NCBI GenBank assembly: GCA_010015585.1
Contig: ML975149.1
Direction: 5' to 3' (one strand)
Source of the DNA: Eremomyces bilateralis CBS 781.70
Lineage: Eukaryota
Length of the DNA: 64,000 nucleotides
Position numbers and translations under genes: made by a program. Positions 11,237 to 24,063 of this stretch are shown in pieces; within the stretch, counting starts at the first letter, position 1, and the number at the start of each line of letters is the position of its first letter. Under the pieces are notes generated by a model. It saw nothing but the letters and a program-made list of their open reading frames with translations. It searched no databases and had not been told where the DNA came from.

Positions 11237-14200
11237 TTACACCCCCTCACCAATCCCCCCCTCCCTCACCAGCCGAGTCCAATCCTCCCACTCCCCCGCC
11301 ATCTCCGTCAACACCCGACTCATCACCCCCGCACTCCCCATCAACCCATGCGCCTCTCCCTCCAAAATCCTCACCTCACACCTCCTCATCGTCCGCCCCA
11401 ACCACCGCACATTCTCCACCGGCACCCGTGAGTCCTTGCTCCCATGGTGAATCACCACAGGCTTGTTGATATCCACATACCGGAACCCAATCGGCTGATT
11501 CCGCTCCAAACACACCAGCAGATCCAGCACCGGCTGCGCGTTCTGCGTCGCGAGCGCCCAGATCGACGTGGTGAGCCGCTCGTCGTACGCGGCGCGGTCC
11601 GGCGCGGGGACGGGCGGGAGGTGCGGCGAGGAGTGGTTGTTCGGAGATCCGTTCGTGTTCCGTGGCGGGTGCCCGAGGGACAGAGTGGAGGCGTTCGGGA
11701 TGACTTGCTGGTCCATGAGCATGATGCTCTCGCGGCGGGTGTTCGGGCGAGGGACCTGGTCGTTCTCGGCGCCGGCGGACGACGCGCTGCGGGAGTTGGC
11801 CTGGCTACTGGTGTTACGGCGCTTGGAGCTGCTCTTGGAAGACTTGGGGGTGTTGCGGGTGACGCTGGCGCTGGTGGCGGACATGAGGGAGCTGTTGGCG
11901 ACTTTGAGGAGGGGGGTGGGGAGGACGCGGAGGAAGCGTTGCGCTTTGGGGAGCTGGCCGCGGGATTCGGAGCCGGGAGATATTCCGGCAGACGGGGACA
12001 TCTGGGAGGGAGGGATCCAGGGGGCGAGGAGGTGGACGCGGCCGCGGATGTGTTGGGGCATACGGAGGGCGGTGGCGAGGGCGTAGATGGCGCCGGCGGA
12101 GTGGGCAAGCATGGAGAACTTGGTGATCTGGAGGGAAGCGCAAATGGCGGTGACGTCGTCTATACATGTATCCGTCAGCATGCTTTCTTCAAAGGAATAG
12201 TCCGATCCCGAAAAGAAACGGTAATTCGCGAAAGAAAACAGGGACGACCTGTTGATGAACGTAAACCGACTTACCAGGCCAGTTCAACGGCGTCGAATTC
12301 CCATCTCCCTCACTCCCGCCCACTCCCGGCCGATCCGGCGTGATCAACCGCAACTTCAACGTCCGAGCCAACTCGTCATAGAACGCCGCCACGTACCTCG
12401 TCAACCCCATCCCGACGCAGCAGAACACCGCATGGCCCCTCGGATCACCCACATCCGAGAAGCAGATCACCCGTCCCGTTTGGGGATGCCGCACCCGACG
12501 TGAAAGCCGTGGCGCGGCTAGGAACCGGTCGACGGCCAGGTCGACGGGATCGACGGGCGATGCCGGGGGAGGGAGTTCGGGGAGGGGCTCGGGTTTCGGT
12601 TTCGGTTTGTGAGATTGAGGCTTCGGGGGTTTGGGGGTAGAGTGGCTGGAGGTTGTGTTTTTGTTGGCTGTTTTGGAGGGATCGGTTGACTTTTGTCGCT
12701 GCGTATACGTGTTGTCTACGCGTAGAGGAAGATCGGGATGTGACCAACGCTGTGTCTTGGGTGGCGGACGACGCACAGGCGGCGGTTGGAGAGCGATAGG
12801 TTTCGAAAGTTTGGTGGTCACCGTCGAGGAAGTTTCGGTGCTTGTTTTCTTTGCGCTGGTGCTTGAGCTGCTCACATCCTCCGGAGCACCTTGCGATGTT
12901 TTCCTGTCGGGAACCTTGGGATGGTATGGGAGTTCGGGAATTTTGGACTGGCTCGGCCGCTGACGTCCCAGTGCGGACCGCCCACCAGCTCCGAAAGATA
13001 GAGGTCGGGAGGATGAGGAAGCGCCGAAGGAGCCTCGGGCGGAGGACTTGGAGCTGTGAGTAGAGACCTTGTCGAGGGATTGGACGACAAAGTTGTAGTT
13101 GATGGGAACCTCGAAGGGAGTCTGAGGGGTGGTAGGGCGTCTGTCGTCGGTGGAAACTGGGTCAGGGTGGGTATCTCGAACAGCATACTGGGTTATGGTG
13201 TGAGTATGAGGGCGAGAAACGGTGAGATAAGTATGATTCGGAACCACGTCGGCCGGAAGCGTCGTTCCTAGGGCCAAAGGCTCTGCTAGGTTATGTTCGG
13301 CTGGGTCGCCAGCTTGGTGTATACGTCCGAGCACCCGATGTGCCTTGTCCGAGACTGCTTGCGCATCTTCTTGCGTCCAGCTATCGACACTTGAGCTGTG
13401 CGAATGATCAGACCCCAGGTTTGAGACATCCCCTGATGTTCGATTTCCTAGCTGCTCTTCTGCCGATAATCGCATAGAGGCTGAGGTGTCTGCCGATAGC
13501 CTTGCCTCCCGGTCCCGGATGACTTTCTGCGCCTTTAATTGTTTAATCCGCTTTGTCACTTGCGTATCCACATCTTCGAAATCGGCATTCGTGGTCGCCC
13601 CTTCTTCCGCAGCAGCCTCTGCTGTCGAGGGCGGGCTGGTGTAGTTTTCAAGATCATCGTCGGCGTTCGAAGGTTCTTCAAAAACCGTTTCGGTTTTAGA
13701 TGGAATTTGCCGGCTGGACCGTCGGACTTGGATTTGCAATTTGCGCTGCGATGGGCTGTCGGAATGTCTTAGGGAAGATCGGCGGAGTGGAACGGTTGGG
13801 CTTCCAGAGTCGCCATATTCGAGCTTCGCCTGTCCAGAGCGCGATGACGATGGCGTCCTCCTGATATCGAGTCTTAGGCTAGACCTCTTTTTCTTCTTCC
13901 CTTCTTGATTCTCGACCACATTCGGGCCCTCCCTTTCCTCCCTTTCTTCTTGTATTGATGGCGTGGCTAGCATCTGCTTCACAGCTTCATCAGAGATAGA
14001 CAGTATAGAGTCTCTCGATTGAGTCGATTGTCTCCGTTCCGCATCCCTTTCCTTTCCTCGCAACCGTTCTCTAGAACCCATATATATCAGACTTCTTGCA
14101 CGGCCTCCATTTATAGTACCACTTCCCCTGCGCTCGCTTGACTGCCGCCCGCCGTGTGTTGGTAATGTTGGAGTGGTGGCCTCGATGCTAATATTGCCGA

Positions 14201-14834
14201 TACTCCGGGCATCGTCATCCCGATCGCGAAACGAGGCGAGCGATGTCGCGCTCCGAGAGCCAGATTTCAAATACATGCGCATTCCGTGCTCTTTCCTCGG
14301 CGATTTCGGAGCTGTGATGGGGGAGCGGCCTGAAGGAGGTTTTGAGGTGCGCACAACGGGCGGTTCGGCCGCGTCATCAATCGACGAGAAGTCACCATCG
14401 TGAACCGAATGATTATGCATCGAGCAATTGGTAGCAATCGAGTTTCGGGCCGTGTTCCCCGAACCGTAACCGCCTCCATATATACTTCCCGCATCGGTAT
14501 CGACCTCTTCATATCTCGTTTGAAATGCACTAGGACTTGATGGCGTGGAGACGCTTGCCCCAGAAGGCGATGCCCAATGATGGAATTGGTCAGGAGTTGG
14601 TACCTGCAACATCGAGAGCGAATCGATCAATGTGGAGATGACCTCTGGAGCGGCGGGTTGCGATGAATCATGTTTTGACGACCGCTTTGCCCTTCTGATT
14701 TGCCTTGAAGGGGGTAAGGACATTGGGCGCGGTGTCGTAACATCTTTGACAAGCCCTTCCGGGATTGGAGGTATCGGGAGGTTTGCGACCTCTTCCGGAT
14801 CGTCGGTGGTCGCGTCCAGCCATAATCGCGCCAT
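11237..14834 (-). CDS. Alpha/beta hydrolase with long low-complexity N-terminal region; 2 exons
   Basis: 881-aa ORF ending RVICFSDVGDP..GMGLTRY..LITPDRPGVGGS, intron 12274-12160, then AHSAG nucleophile elbow, HHGSKD and EGEAHGLM. Confidence 0.88.
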
Positions 14835-15899
14835 AGCGAGGAGTTCGGTTCGTTGATGGCGGCGCGAGGGACCCGAAGACGTTCAGATAGTCATTCGCGG
14901 TTCGGTCGCGTGGTTCAGTGCATATCAAGAATAGATATCGGAAAACAGACGAGACGACTTCGAGGAGGCTGCGGTGAAAGTCTAAAACGCGCAACAAGGG
15001 GGTAAGGCCGTGAGGGGGATGTCCAGTCGGGTTTAGCATGCACGAGCCTCTATGCAATGCACACGCTTCAGGTATAAGTGCGAGATACGATAATGGAGAA
15101 CTGACGGATCATCGCAGACGCTCCGCGAATATTGCGCGTCCAATGTTGTACTGCATAATGACGGTGTAACCCTTCAATCCTCCTCCTCGAACTTGGAGAT
15201 GCAATGAAATGGAATATTCATCCCAAGACAAGATTAAAGGTGCCGTCCCTATTCCCTACGGGCAATAAGGTTGGCTAGGCGGCGCTAAGCTCCGGATCCA
15301 ATCTCCTTGTCCCGGAGCTGAGCCGCATAACTGGACCAGTCAAAGCTCGCCTTCCAGCTGCGGAACTGCCTGATTGGAATTGTGATACTATGAACTGTCG
15401 CGCCTTGAAGCAAGGCCACAGTTTGTATCCGTATAATTAGGAATATTGAAGATGAAGATGGTGGAGTAGCAAAGCGAGTGACTAAGCGGGAATTAAGGAG
15501 CCACGTGATATGTATATCTGAGGCATAAACTCAGAGTGTAAGGCATCAGGACTTGAGCGGTTGAGCCTATCATTCATCAATTCGTCCATTTGATTCAGAT
15601 CAATCAAGAATTCAAGATGATTGACAAGACTTGAAGCAAGACCATCCATACCATCACAGGTGTCAGGTGATGCATCCATTGCCGTAAAATCCGTAGAACT
15701 GCTGGATACCTAACCGATGGAGGACATGGCAAGAGGCTAGGTATCAGGAAGACAGTCCTACGTGGTCATTTTCCTTCCTGATTGTGACAAAGGGGTGGCT
15801 AGCCCTGGTCGACGACATATCTGGCGTTGCCTACTCAATCATTACGGTATAATCGTGGTTGGATAAGTGAGTATGGCTACTGCGACAGTCTCCTTGTGG

Positions 15900-16660
15900 G
15901 TCGAAGGGCTCTGCCTTGAAACATCTCCGTACTCACCGGACTCGCAGGATTCCATCAGAACGGCATCATCACTGGCAACATATCCGCCGGCATTGTCTCC
16001 TATCTTGCCAGCTCAGCTCCGCTTCCAACACCGCTGCCTATCTCGGATTCTGTTACCAACTATCAAAGAATCTAAACTGGCTTTGACTGATTGGGCGTCG
16101 TCGGGGCCTTCACAGGATGCGTTCTCTCTCCTTTCTACCGTACTGCTAGGTCTCCATGAAGTGAGTGGTGTGGTCTGCCGGTTCTGCTCCCTGTCGAAAA
16201 GTCAAGCAATTAGAGATCTCGTCATGGACGAAACTGTGTTAATGCTGATTTCGTCTATTCGAGGCAATTAAAGTGGCACATGCTTTTAGCATCTCCCCGG
16301 CAGCCGTCACTTTGCTGAGACTCTCCTGTGCCATGTAATGACAATGACGACGATTTGATCTTCACAGGCCTCCTACCCGAGCAATATGCCTACAGGGAGC
16401 TTTATTCCTCCGTTCGGCATTCTACAAAGATATTGATTATCTTAGGAGAATGTTCCAACCCCTGATTGAGCAGGCTCTTGATCATGTCGTCATACTATTC
16501 AGAACACCGTGGATATTCACTCTTCTAGCCACTAATTATCATTGCCACCTACGCATCTATCGAAGGGCAGCAAGGAGTATTTCTCAATTTTATCCCTCGA
16601 TGGTTACCACTTGGAGTCAGGGCAATCAAGTGTCTTCAACGGATCCGGAATTCTCCAGAT
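15900..16660 (+). pseudogene. Probable relic of a fungal-specific transcription factor domain gene
   Basis: Fragment LLSTVLLGLHE followed by a GTGAGT donor, then broken frames ending HCHLRIYRRAAR. No intact ORF. Confidence 0.3.
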
Positions 16661-16810
16661 GAGATCGTTAGAGTGGATGGCTTAAGGGGGATGTTCAAAT
16701 TCAGCCAAAACTTTTTGTTTGGCTAAGTACCATATCAGTCTCCGTAATCATCATGAAGTCCTGGTTATACATACTCACAATGATACGCTTGCTTCGTAGC
16801 GCCGATGATG

Positions 16811-17470
16811 TTATAGATTTTCTTTGGTCTTTGCACTGATCCACAGGGCCTCGGCTTCTGCTTTCACGGCGCCGTCCTCGCCCGTCAACTTGCCGCGCAG
16901 GAACCATTTTCTTCCATCGCGGCGTTCCAACCATATCCGGATCATCACCACGGCGGGGACATCCACCGGTGCACGATACGACACACTCAAATTAGCCGTG
17001 AACAATTGACTTTTCCTATCGGACGCCTGTCGGAACAATTCCGCGCAGCAGCTCATCGCTTCGTCAAACAGGGCACCCAGAACGCCGCCATGCGCAGTGT
17101 CGGTGAAACCACTCAAATCCGTGCCCAAATGAGCGAGGAGAATGAAGTCTGGTTCCTTTTGTTTTTGAGATGTCCCTGCATTTCCGTTGTTCGTGGCCAC
17201 TGCAAATCGCGTCGCCCAATCATTTTCCTTCCTAACCAACCCAAGTGCATTTGATATTGTACCAGGGGTATTGATGATTTTGTTGAAGAACCGGTCGTTA
17301 CTGTTTCCCTTTTCGAAGCGGGAGAAGAATGGAATAGGCGTGAACGGGCTGGACACTTGAAGATATGGCCGCACCCAGCCGACTGAGGAGAAGAAATCGA
17401 TCTCCTGTTGATCTGGAGGGACACCGTTGATGAATTCGAGATATTGTTCCCATGTGTAACCAGCCATCAT
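16811..17470 (-). CDS. Hotdog-fold (PaaI/4HBT-like) thioesterase
   Basis: Uninterrupted 219-aa ORF with LSGFTDTAHGGVLGALFDEAM, FTANLSVSYRAPV and DGRKWFLRG..AEAEALWI. Confidence 0.88.
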   Translation of the reverse strand: MMAGYTWEQYLEFINGVPPDQQEIDFFSSVGWVRPYLQVSSPFTPIPFFSRFEKGNSNDRFFNKIINTPGTISNALGLVRKENDWATRFAVATNNGNAGTSQKQKEPDFILLAHLGTDLSGFTDTAHGGVLGALFDEAMSCCAELFRQASDRKSQLFTANLSVSYRAPVDVPAVVMIRIWLERRDGRKWFLRGKLTGEDGAVKAEAEALWISAKTKENL

Positions 17471-18229
17471 CTCGCGATATCGGACAAAGGGCAGTGTCAG
17501 CGACTTGCCTTCCAGTTAGTACCTTTAGAGTAACGATAGTTAGAACGCGCATCGACGTACCTTACTCAACAACGCAGTCTCAGCAGCCGGACAACAGTAC
17601 CTCTCTCAAATATTTTAAGATCTGCTGAATGGGTCAGAATTGTACCGTTCTGTACAACATCAAATTAATAGCCTGTTCAAATAACTACCTGGAGGGGCAC
17701 AACTCGTACCTATCCATGTAAGCGCTCTCAATCTTGGCACCATTACTATTTAGCGTGTTTCCTCGGCCTTCGACTGTCTGGGGACATCTCCCTGCAAATC
17801 TCTCTGCTGCTACCATATAATATAGCACGGAATAACATTTCAGGGTGTACACGAATTAACAATCCATAGTCGTGGCAGAATCCTTCTCGTACCTGCCTCT
17901 AGGCACAACCAAGGAGCCATACTTACACTACCGGACAAACCCCATCTGCAATTCGGCCGCAATGCTCGCTCCGAGATGTAACCAAAACATGATGGTGGTG
18001 ATTATCCCGCATACCGGCGGTAGTTGATACAACATGGTTACATGAAAAATCATCGAATATCTCAAAGAGATTGCGTCAGAAAGTGTATAGTGTCTGCTTC
18101 TTTGCAGACTTGACATAGACTATCAGAGACACGATATGGTTTGTATGAATTCGCCAACTAATGTAAACTCATCTATCAGAATCCAGACTATCACCTTACA
18201 AGTTACATCCCACCCCTCGGCACAACAAC

Positions 18230-18662
18230 AGTGCAACCTAGGGCAATGTCCTCCAACAGCACATCTAGCTAGCCCCATAGCTTGAGCTATGCAGCAACAC
18301 CCTCATTGCTCGTGACAAAGGATGAAAGCTACCATCAGCAACGATACCATCCGACATGTACACGCCATGACTGCTAGCATCCGCGGACGCGCCAGCGAGC
18401 AGTGTGTGGGTGCCGACCTCAGTCGAGCGCGCGAAAACGACCTTGCACACCCAGAAACCCCACCGTAGTCGCGCGCCAGTTGCGAATGGCACAGTCCCGG
18501 ATTCACCATAGTGATGACCACGCCCGTCTTTGCAATACGTGGCGCCAGTTCGCGCACGAGGTGCACCTCAAGCAGCTTAGACGTTGAATGTTGCTCCGCC
18601 ACGTTGGTCGCCTGCTCAGCATCCAGGACTGCAAACATATCGACCGCGCAGCGCTCAGGCAG
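18230..18662 (-). pseudogene. Short-chain dehydrogenase/reductase relic (3' half only)
   Basis: [18 protein letters not shown] (YxxxK Tyr replaced by His), VNPGLCHSQLAR, frameshift, ARSTEVGTHTLL..SHGVYMSDG, then FVTSNEG..*LKLWG*LD..LEDI with two TAG stops. The N-terminal Rossmann fold is missing. Confidence 0.8.
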
Positions 18663-20850
18663 CTCAAACCCTTCGATGCGAAAGGAGATGGTTATTGTCG
18701 AGGCGAAGCAGTTGGTGCTATGTTCCAGAATAGGTTGTCCACGGCCATTGCGGACGGCGATTTAGTTTGTGGAGCTGATAACAAGAACCTCCACTCCTAA
18801 ATTTCCAGTTACTTTCCTTTCCTGCGACCAAAGACTATTTCTGCCAGAAATGCCTCGCTGCCCGATCTTTCATACAACACCGCGCGCCAGTCGAGCAGAT
18901 CGCTCAGATATGCCTTGATCTTCCACACCGACTCTATCCAGAACCTTGAAGGCGTACTGGAAGCGACCCGCCAAGGCGAGCATGCCGCGCTTGACACTAT
19001 GAAGTCTTCTCCTGCCGTCATTCTCTGCTTTGGAGGCGAGGTCTCGACCTTTGTTGGACTGGACCGACAGGTCGTCGAACGAACCAGCATGCTGAGTATG
19101 TACCTGGACCAATATAACCTTGTGTGCAAGTCGATGAGCCTTCCAGGAGCCACAGCTTTGGTGAGATCGTTGCACAGACCGTGGCGAGTGCCTTGACGCG
19201 TTCCGACTGACTAAATGTCATTTCCAGACGTTCACGCCTCATTAGGGCCTCCTGGGAGTCTGACAGAGGATCCGTGATGGGCATTGAAGCAGACCTCGAG
19301 GTAGTGGAAAACCTCGTGGCGAGTGCTAACGAGAGCTCGCCGTGTAACCGTCCGGCTAGCATTGCCTATTTCAACGACCCGTGAAGCTTCACACTCGCTG
19401 GCTCTACCCTTCAGCTCGACATTGCGACCGAGGCAATGTGGAGCTTGCGTCCAGAATTTCAGATATCGGATCTTCAAGTGGATTTTCGTGATCTCGGAAT
19501 CAAGCTCCCATCTGCAGAAATTCCACCCGAGTGGCCTGATTTGTTGCAACAGGGTCGATCAACCTCGTCGCACGGGGTCGTGGAAGATCGTCAGCAACCC
19601 TGCTGGAAGTGACGTTGGCGGCTCTCTACGCGTCTGGAAGACTCATTTTCCATTCTCGAGACGATGCCGAGTTATTGTGTGAGTTCTGCAGATATGAGCG
19701 ACTCGTCGCCCATAAACGCTGCCTGGAAGTCCTCGGAAGCGGCGATGCGGACGACATCTTACAAGGCAGTGCTATCTACAAGCTATTTGCCGACGTCGTC
19801 CACTGTTCCGAAGTTTTCCGTGGAGTTCACGAAGCTGTCGGCAGAAGCAGCGAGTTTGCCGGGCGTATTCGTGAACTGTATGACCCAGAGACCAGACGGT
19901 GAAGCCTTTATCTCAAATGGAGTTGAGCGGGCGTCCTACCACCACTCATCTGCGATTTAGAGGAAAATCCTGAGGTGTTCGATGTGCTTGCAATGCACCA
20001 TCGTCCTACTGACCGACCCTTCTCAAGCAACGTCTTCATCTTCGACAGCCGCACTTCGCAACTTCTCGGTATCATTCTGGGCATCCACTTCCGGCCTAGA
20101 TCAACTATGTCCGACGGTTGCTATGACGGTTGACAGGGACGAGGCCATGGCATCCGTCTCAGCCAAAGCTCCTTCAGTGCGATTGAAACCACCAAACGGT
20201 TCTCAATCTGTCGGTTCAGAGGTCAGAGCGAACATAGTTCTCATCCTTTCCGATATGGTCGGCGTAGAGCCGGGCAAGATTACCGACAGCACAAACCTTG
20301 TCGCTATGGGCGTCGCCTCACTCATACCGCTCTCATGGACATGGATGTTGCCCTCAAGCTTGAATTAGTGTTCAAGTGCGCGCAGGATATGTCTGCCACG
20401 AATCCACGATGTCTCTGATCGAGTTCGGCGATCTGCTTAAATGGGTCCGCTCTGCCCTTGGCGGGAAAACAGAAGACACCGAAGAGACTGCACCGGTCGA
20501 GCTAGGACAGCGGGACTTAGACAACTCTTCGCGATCAACCACGCCATCTGCCCCACCACCATCCACGAAATGTCTCACGTTTCCCGATGCCCAGTTTCGC
20601 CAAAGCCACACTCAGGAATCGCGGCTTGCCAAACGGATGGTTCCTGATTACCCGTGCCACACGCCCAATATTGTTCTAAATATTATCACCTGGAAAATGG
20701 GTTGTGCGGGCAATTGCTTTCCCTTTTGGGAAGATTGAGGTCATTCGGAATATTCACTACCAGAATAGGATATCTCTGCCCTCTGGTACGCTTGGTAATC
20801 CTCACTGGAGCTCGGGACCCACTTTTGAAGCCCTTGTGCGGCTAATTATG
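18658..20850 (+). pseudogene. Collapsed non-reducing polyketide synthase relic (KS, AT, PT and ACP fragments; citrinin/azaphilone-like type)
   Basis: In order: [145 protein letters not shown]. Many stops, frameshifts and large deletions. Confidence 0.88.
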
Positions 20851-21224
20851 GGGCGCGATGGACAACGTGAGGCTCCGTACTCCGTATGATAATTGCCTAT
20901 ATCGGGCTGGATGAACCAAAGGGGGACACGGCAAACATCATGATCGGTAATGTTTTTCCTTCAAAAAAATTGAAGTTTGATTTCTAACATCGATATTATA
21001 AATCGACAGTGAACAAACATATAAAAGCATCAGCCTGCAAGACTTGCTACAATGTTTTCCCTGTACAGTACAGAAAAGCTGCAAGCCTTCATCAACTCCA
21101 GTCGCGACAATCTCTCTTCTATCACTAGCGCAATCCAACTTGTGAGTTTATATCCCGCAATCTTCGAGGCTCCTTTCGAAGCTGACTGATTAAATAGGAC
21201 AATAATATAACATTAACCTCCGCC

Positions 21225-22565
21225 ATGTCGGCCTCACCAAAACTCCAAGTCGAAACTCACTTCCGGAACTATGGCACTGAGACTTCAATAGGTTCTGATG
21301 CCCCTGTTGCAGATAACGAGAAGCAAGAGCCAGTTGTCGAGGTGCCACCTCGCGACATCGTTGGCTGGAAGTGGGCAGCAGCCATGATAGCTGTGCTATT
21401 CTCCATCTTCCTCTACGCTCTAGACAACACCATCGTTGCAGCCGTCTAGCCGATCATCGTCCTAGGTCCCGTGATCGGTGGAGGTTTTGGCGAGTCCAAG
21501 GTCGGCTGGAGATGGGCATTCTATATCAATCTGTTCATCGGTGCCGTCTGCGCCCCGGCCTGGCTTTTCCTACTTCCCAGCAAGGACCCGCGCCCTGGAG
21601 TTCCCTACAAACAGCGTGCCGCTGAAACGGACTATGTTGGAACGGTCCTGCTTATGGGTGGCTTGACCAGCTTCATCTTGGCGATCAATTGGGCCGGTGT
21701 TACCTATCCCTGGGATTCCGGTCGTATTATCGGTCTCTTCGTCACGTCGGGTGTCCTGTTCATACTGCTTGGAATCCAGCAGGTGTGGACAATCTTCACG
21801 ACGGTCGCACGACGCATCATCCCAGTTCAGTTCTTCCGCTCCAAGATCGTTCTGATTCTCTTCAGCGTTACGGCGGCATCCGGAGCTTCTGCATTCATTC
21901 CCATCTACTTTGTTCCCCTCTTCTTCCAGTTCACGCGCAGCGATGGTGCACTGCAGGCGGGTGTACGACTGCTGCCTCTGATTGTCGTCATGGTTGTTAC
22001 CATCCTCGCTAACGGAGCCCTCATGGCCAAATTGGGCTACTACATGCCCTGGTATCTTGTCGGCGGTTTGTTCACTGTCGCGGGCAGTGCCCTGATGTAT
22101 ACGGTTGACCAAGACACCAGCGAGAGTCGTATATATGGTTACACCGTTCTCGTTGGTATCGGCGTGGGAATGTTCCTTCAGGCCTCGTTCTCAGTCGCGC
22201 AGGCTGTTGTCAAGGCGGAGGACATCCCACCTGCTGTAGGCTTCATCACCCTCGCTCAGTTCCTTGGCATTACCATGGCACTTGCCATCGGTAACTCAGT
22301 TTTCCTTAACTTGAGTGAGGAAGGCATTTCAAAGATCCTACCGAATATGTCGGCGTCGGAAATCCAGGGGGCAATTGAAGGTGCCGCAGGTGGACTCCTG
22401 GAGCGCCTCACCCCAGAAGTTAAACATCAAGTCTTAGGTGCAATTACGGACGCTATTGGTGAGACATACGTGCTTGTCATTGCGGCTGGCTCCTTAATCG
22501 CCCTCCTGAGCTTGCTCATGAAGAAGGAAAGGTTGTTTGCGAGCAGTGGTGTGTCTGCAGCTTAG
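21225..22565 (+). pseudogene. MFS (DHA2, 14-TM type) efflux transporter, disrupted
   Basis: FLYALDNTIVAAV-TAG-PIIV runs in frame directly into LGPVIGGGF..GWRWAFYINL. There is a premature stop at 21447-21449, and the helices normally lying between these two motifs are absent. The remainder (PLFFQF, AGVRLLP, GYYMPWY) is well preserved. Confidence 0.85.
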
Positions 22566-22904
22566 AAAGATAATCGAGAATGTCTAGCTCAACGACATCT
22601 GGAGAAGACTAGAGGCCAGAGCGGAGAAATAATCTGGTCAAGTGAGAATGGGTGCCCTGCATCCAGGTGAAAGGGAGACTATTGGAGTATTTCTTGTCGT
22701 TAGAGTAGCCAGTTTCAAGATTGTATTAGTCGAGCATCAAGCGTAATAGAATAGTAGGTACATCAAAAAAGATCATTGTGAATAGAACACTTAAGTAAAC
22801 TAGTACCTGTAGAGCGTCCACCACCAAGGTCCGCCAAGATGTCCAATAGCTGGCTCTTTAATTCGAGGAAACTCGTCCTAGGCCCATGAAGGAATGAATC
22901 TCCA

Positions 22905-24063
22905 CTAGTTGGCGAACTCAGCAGCCTTGCGAAGAACTTCTCTAAAATCTCGAATCACCGTCTCCAAATAGTCGATGTTCGTTTGTGCCAAGGCGGATGG
23001 AGCGCCCAGCGCTCGTAACATATCCTGTCCCTTGATACTGACTGCGTCCAAAACCATGGTGGCCTGTTGGATGAGATTCATGACGAGCATGGCTCTTAGC
23101 TTCGGGTCGTTGATCGGGACGTCCAAGCCACCGAAGCTCATGGGGATCGAGCTATCCTGGTCGGCGTTGGCAATGTACTCGAAGCAAGCGTCTGTACGTT
23201 GGAAGATGGCGACCATGCAAATCAGGTCGGTGCAGCCAATCTGGCAGCCCGTGCAATCGACGATGTCCTGACAACCCTGTATCACCTTCTGCGTCATCTT
23301 GTATATTTTGTCGAGTTGGGGTTGCTTCCCCTGCATGGCATCACTGACTTCGGGAAGGAGAACAGCCAGATCTTCCCGGCACCGGCATTTGGACGATGAG
23401 AATAGCGTGCTCGAGGACGAGAGGCGACTGATAGGAGACGGGGCTAAGGTGCTTGTGAAGTTTGCTGGAAACGGTGGCGCGGTTTGTGTTGCAGGTTGGA
23501 AGATGTCTAAGTTGAGTTGAGGGGTTTGGTGGTCAAAGGTCTGCTCCTTGGACGTAGGTGTCAATCCCATCAGGCCACTTGATAAGGAGTCATGGCTTCT
23601 GTCGTAGAAGCCAACGTCCAGTGGATCTATGTTCTCCCAGTCAAAGTCGTCAAGACGCTGATGGGTCGTTTCATTCGGCCACCCCATGTTGTCCATCGTG
23701 TGGTCATATGCCGCGCCGTCCATAGAGAAGCGATGCGTGGCATCGACCATGTTCAAATGCATCATTTCCCCGGGAATCGTCTTTACCCCTGTTTGCGGTG
23801 ACACTCCATGTGCTGGCAACCGATGGTCGCCGTTCGCCGCCTCGGGATTCGTGTACGTGCAGACAATGCCCCGGCTGGCACAGCGGTCGCACTCTTTCTG
23901 GCCATCACATTTCACTTTGGCTGTACGACAGTTCTGACACGCCGTCACGGGTCGCCGGATCAGCGGTTTCGCCCCACGAGCACCCAAACTCTGCCATTTC
24001 AGTACGAAACCGCGGGGGGATCTCTCCCTTTCGTGAAGCGCGAGGGGTGCGGTTCACAGACAT
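22905..24063 (-). CDS. Zn(II)2Cys6 pathway-specific transcription factor (start uncertain; possibly frameshifted)
   Basis: CQNCRTAKVKCDGQKECDRCASRGIVC plus a Cys-rich C-terminal region (KCRC, CQDIVDCTGC). No in-frame ATG precedes the zinc cluster; the nearest ATG (24063) is in another frame. Confidence 0.8.

Noticed and set aside
11444..12343. Long plus-strand ORF (299 aa) and other overlapping ORFs here and at 29388-30115, 42953-43651, 47234-48121 and 61791-62616
   Set aside because: Shadow frames of real genes in GC-rich, skewed sequence; low-complexity translations with no family motifs.
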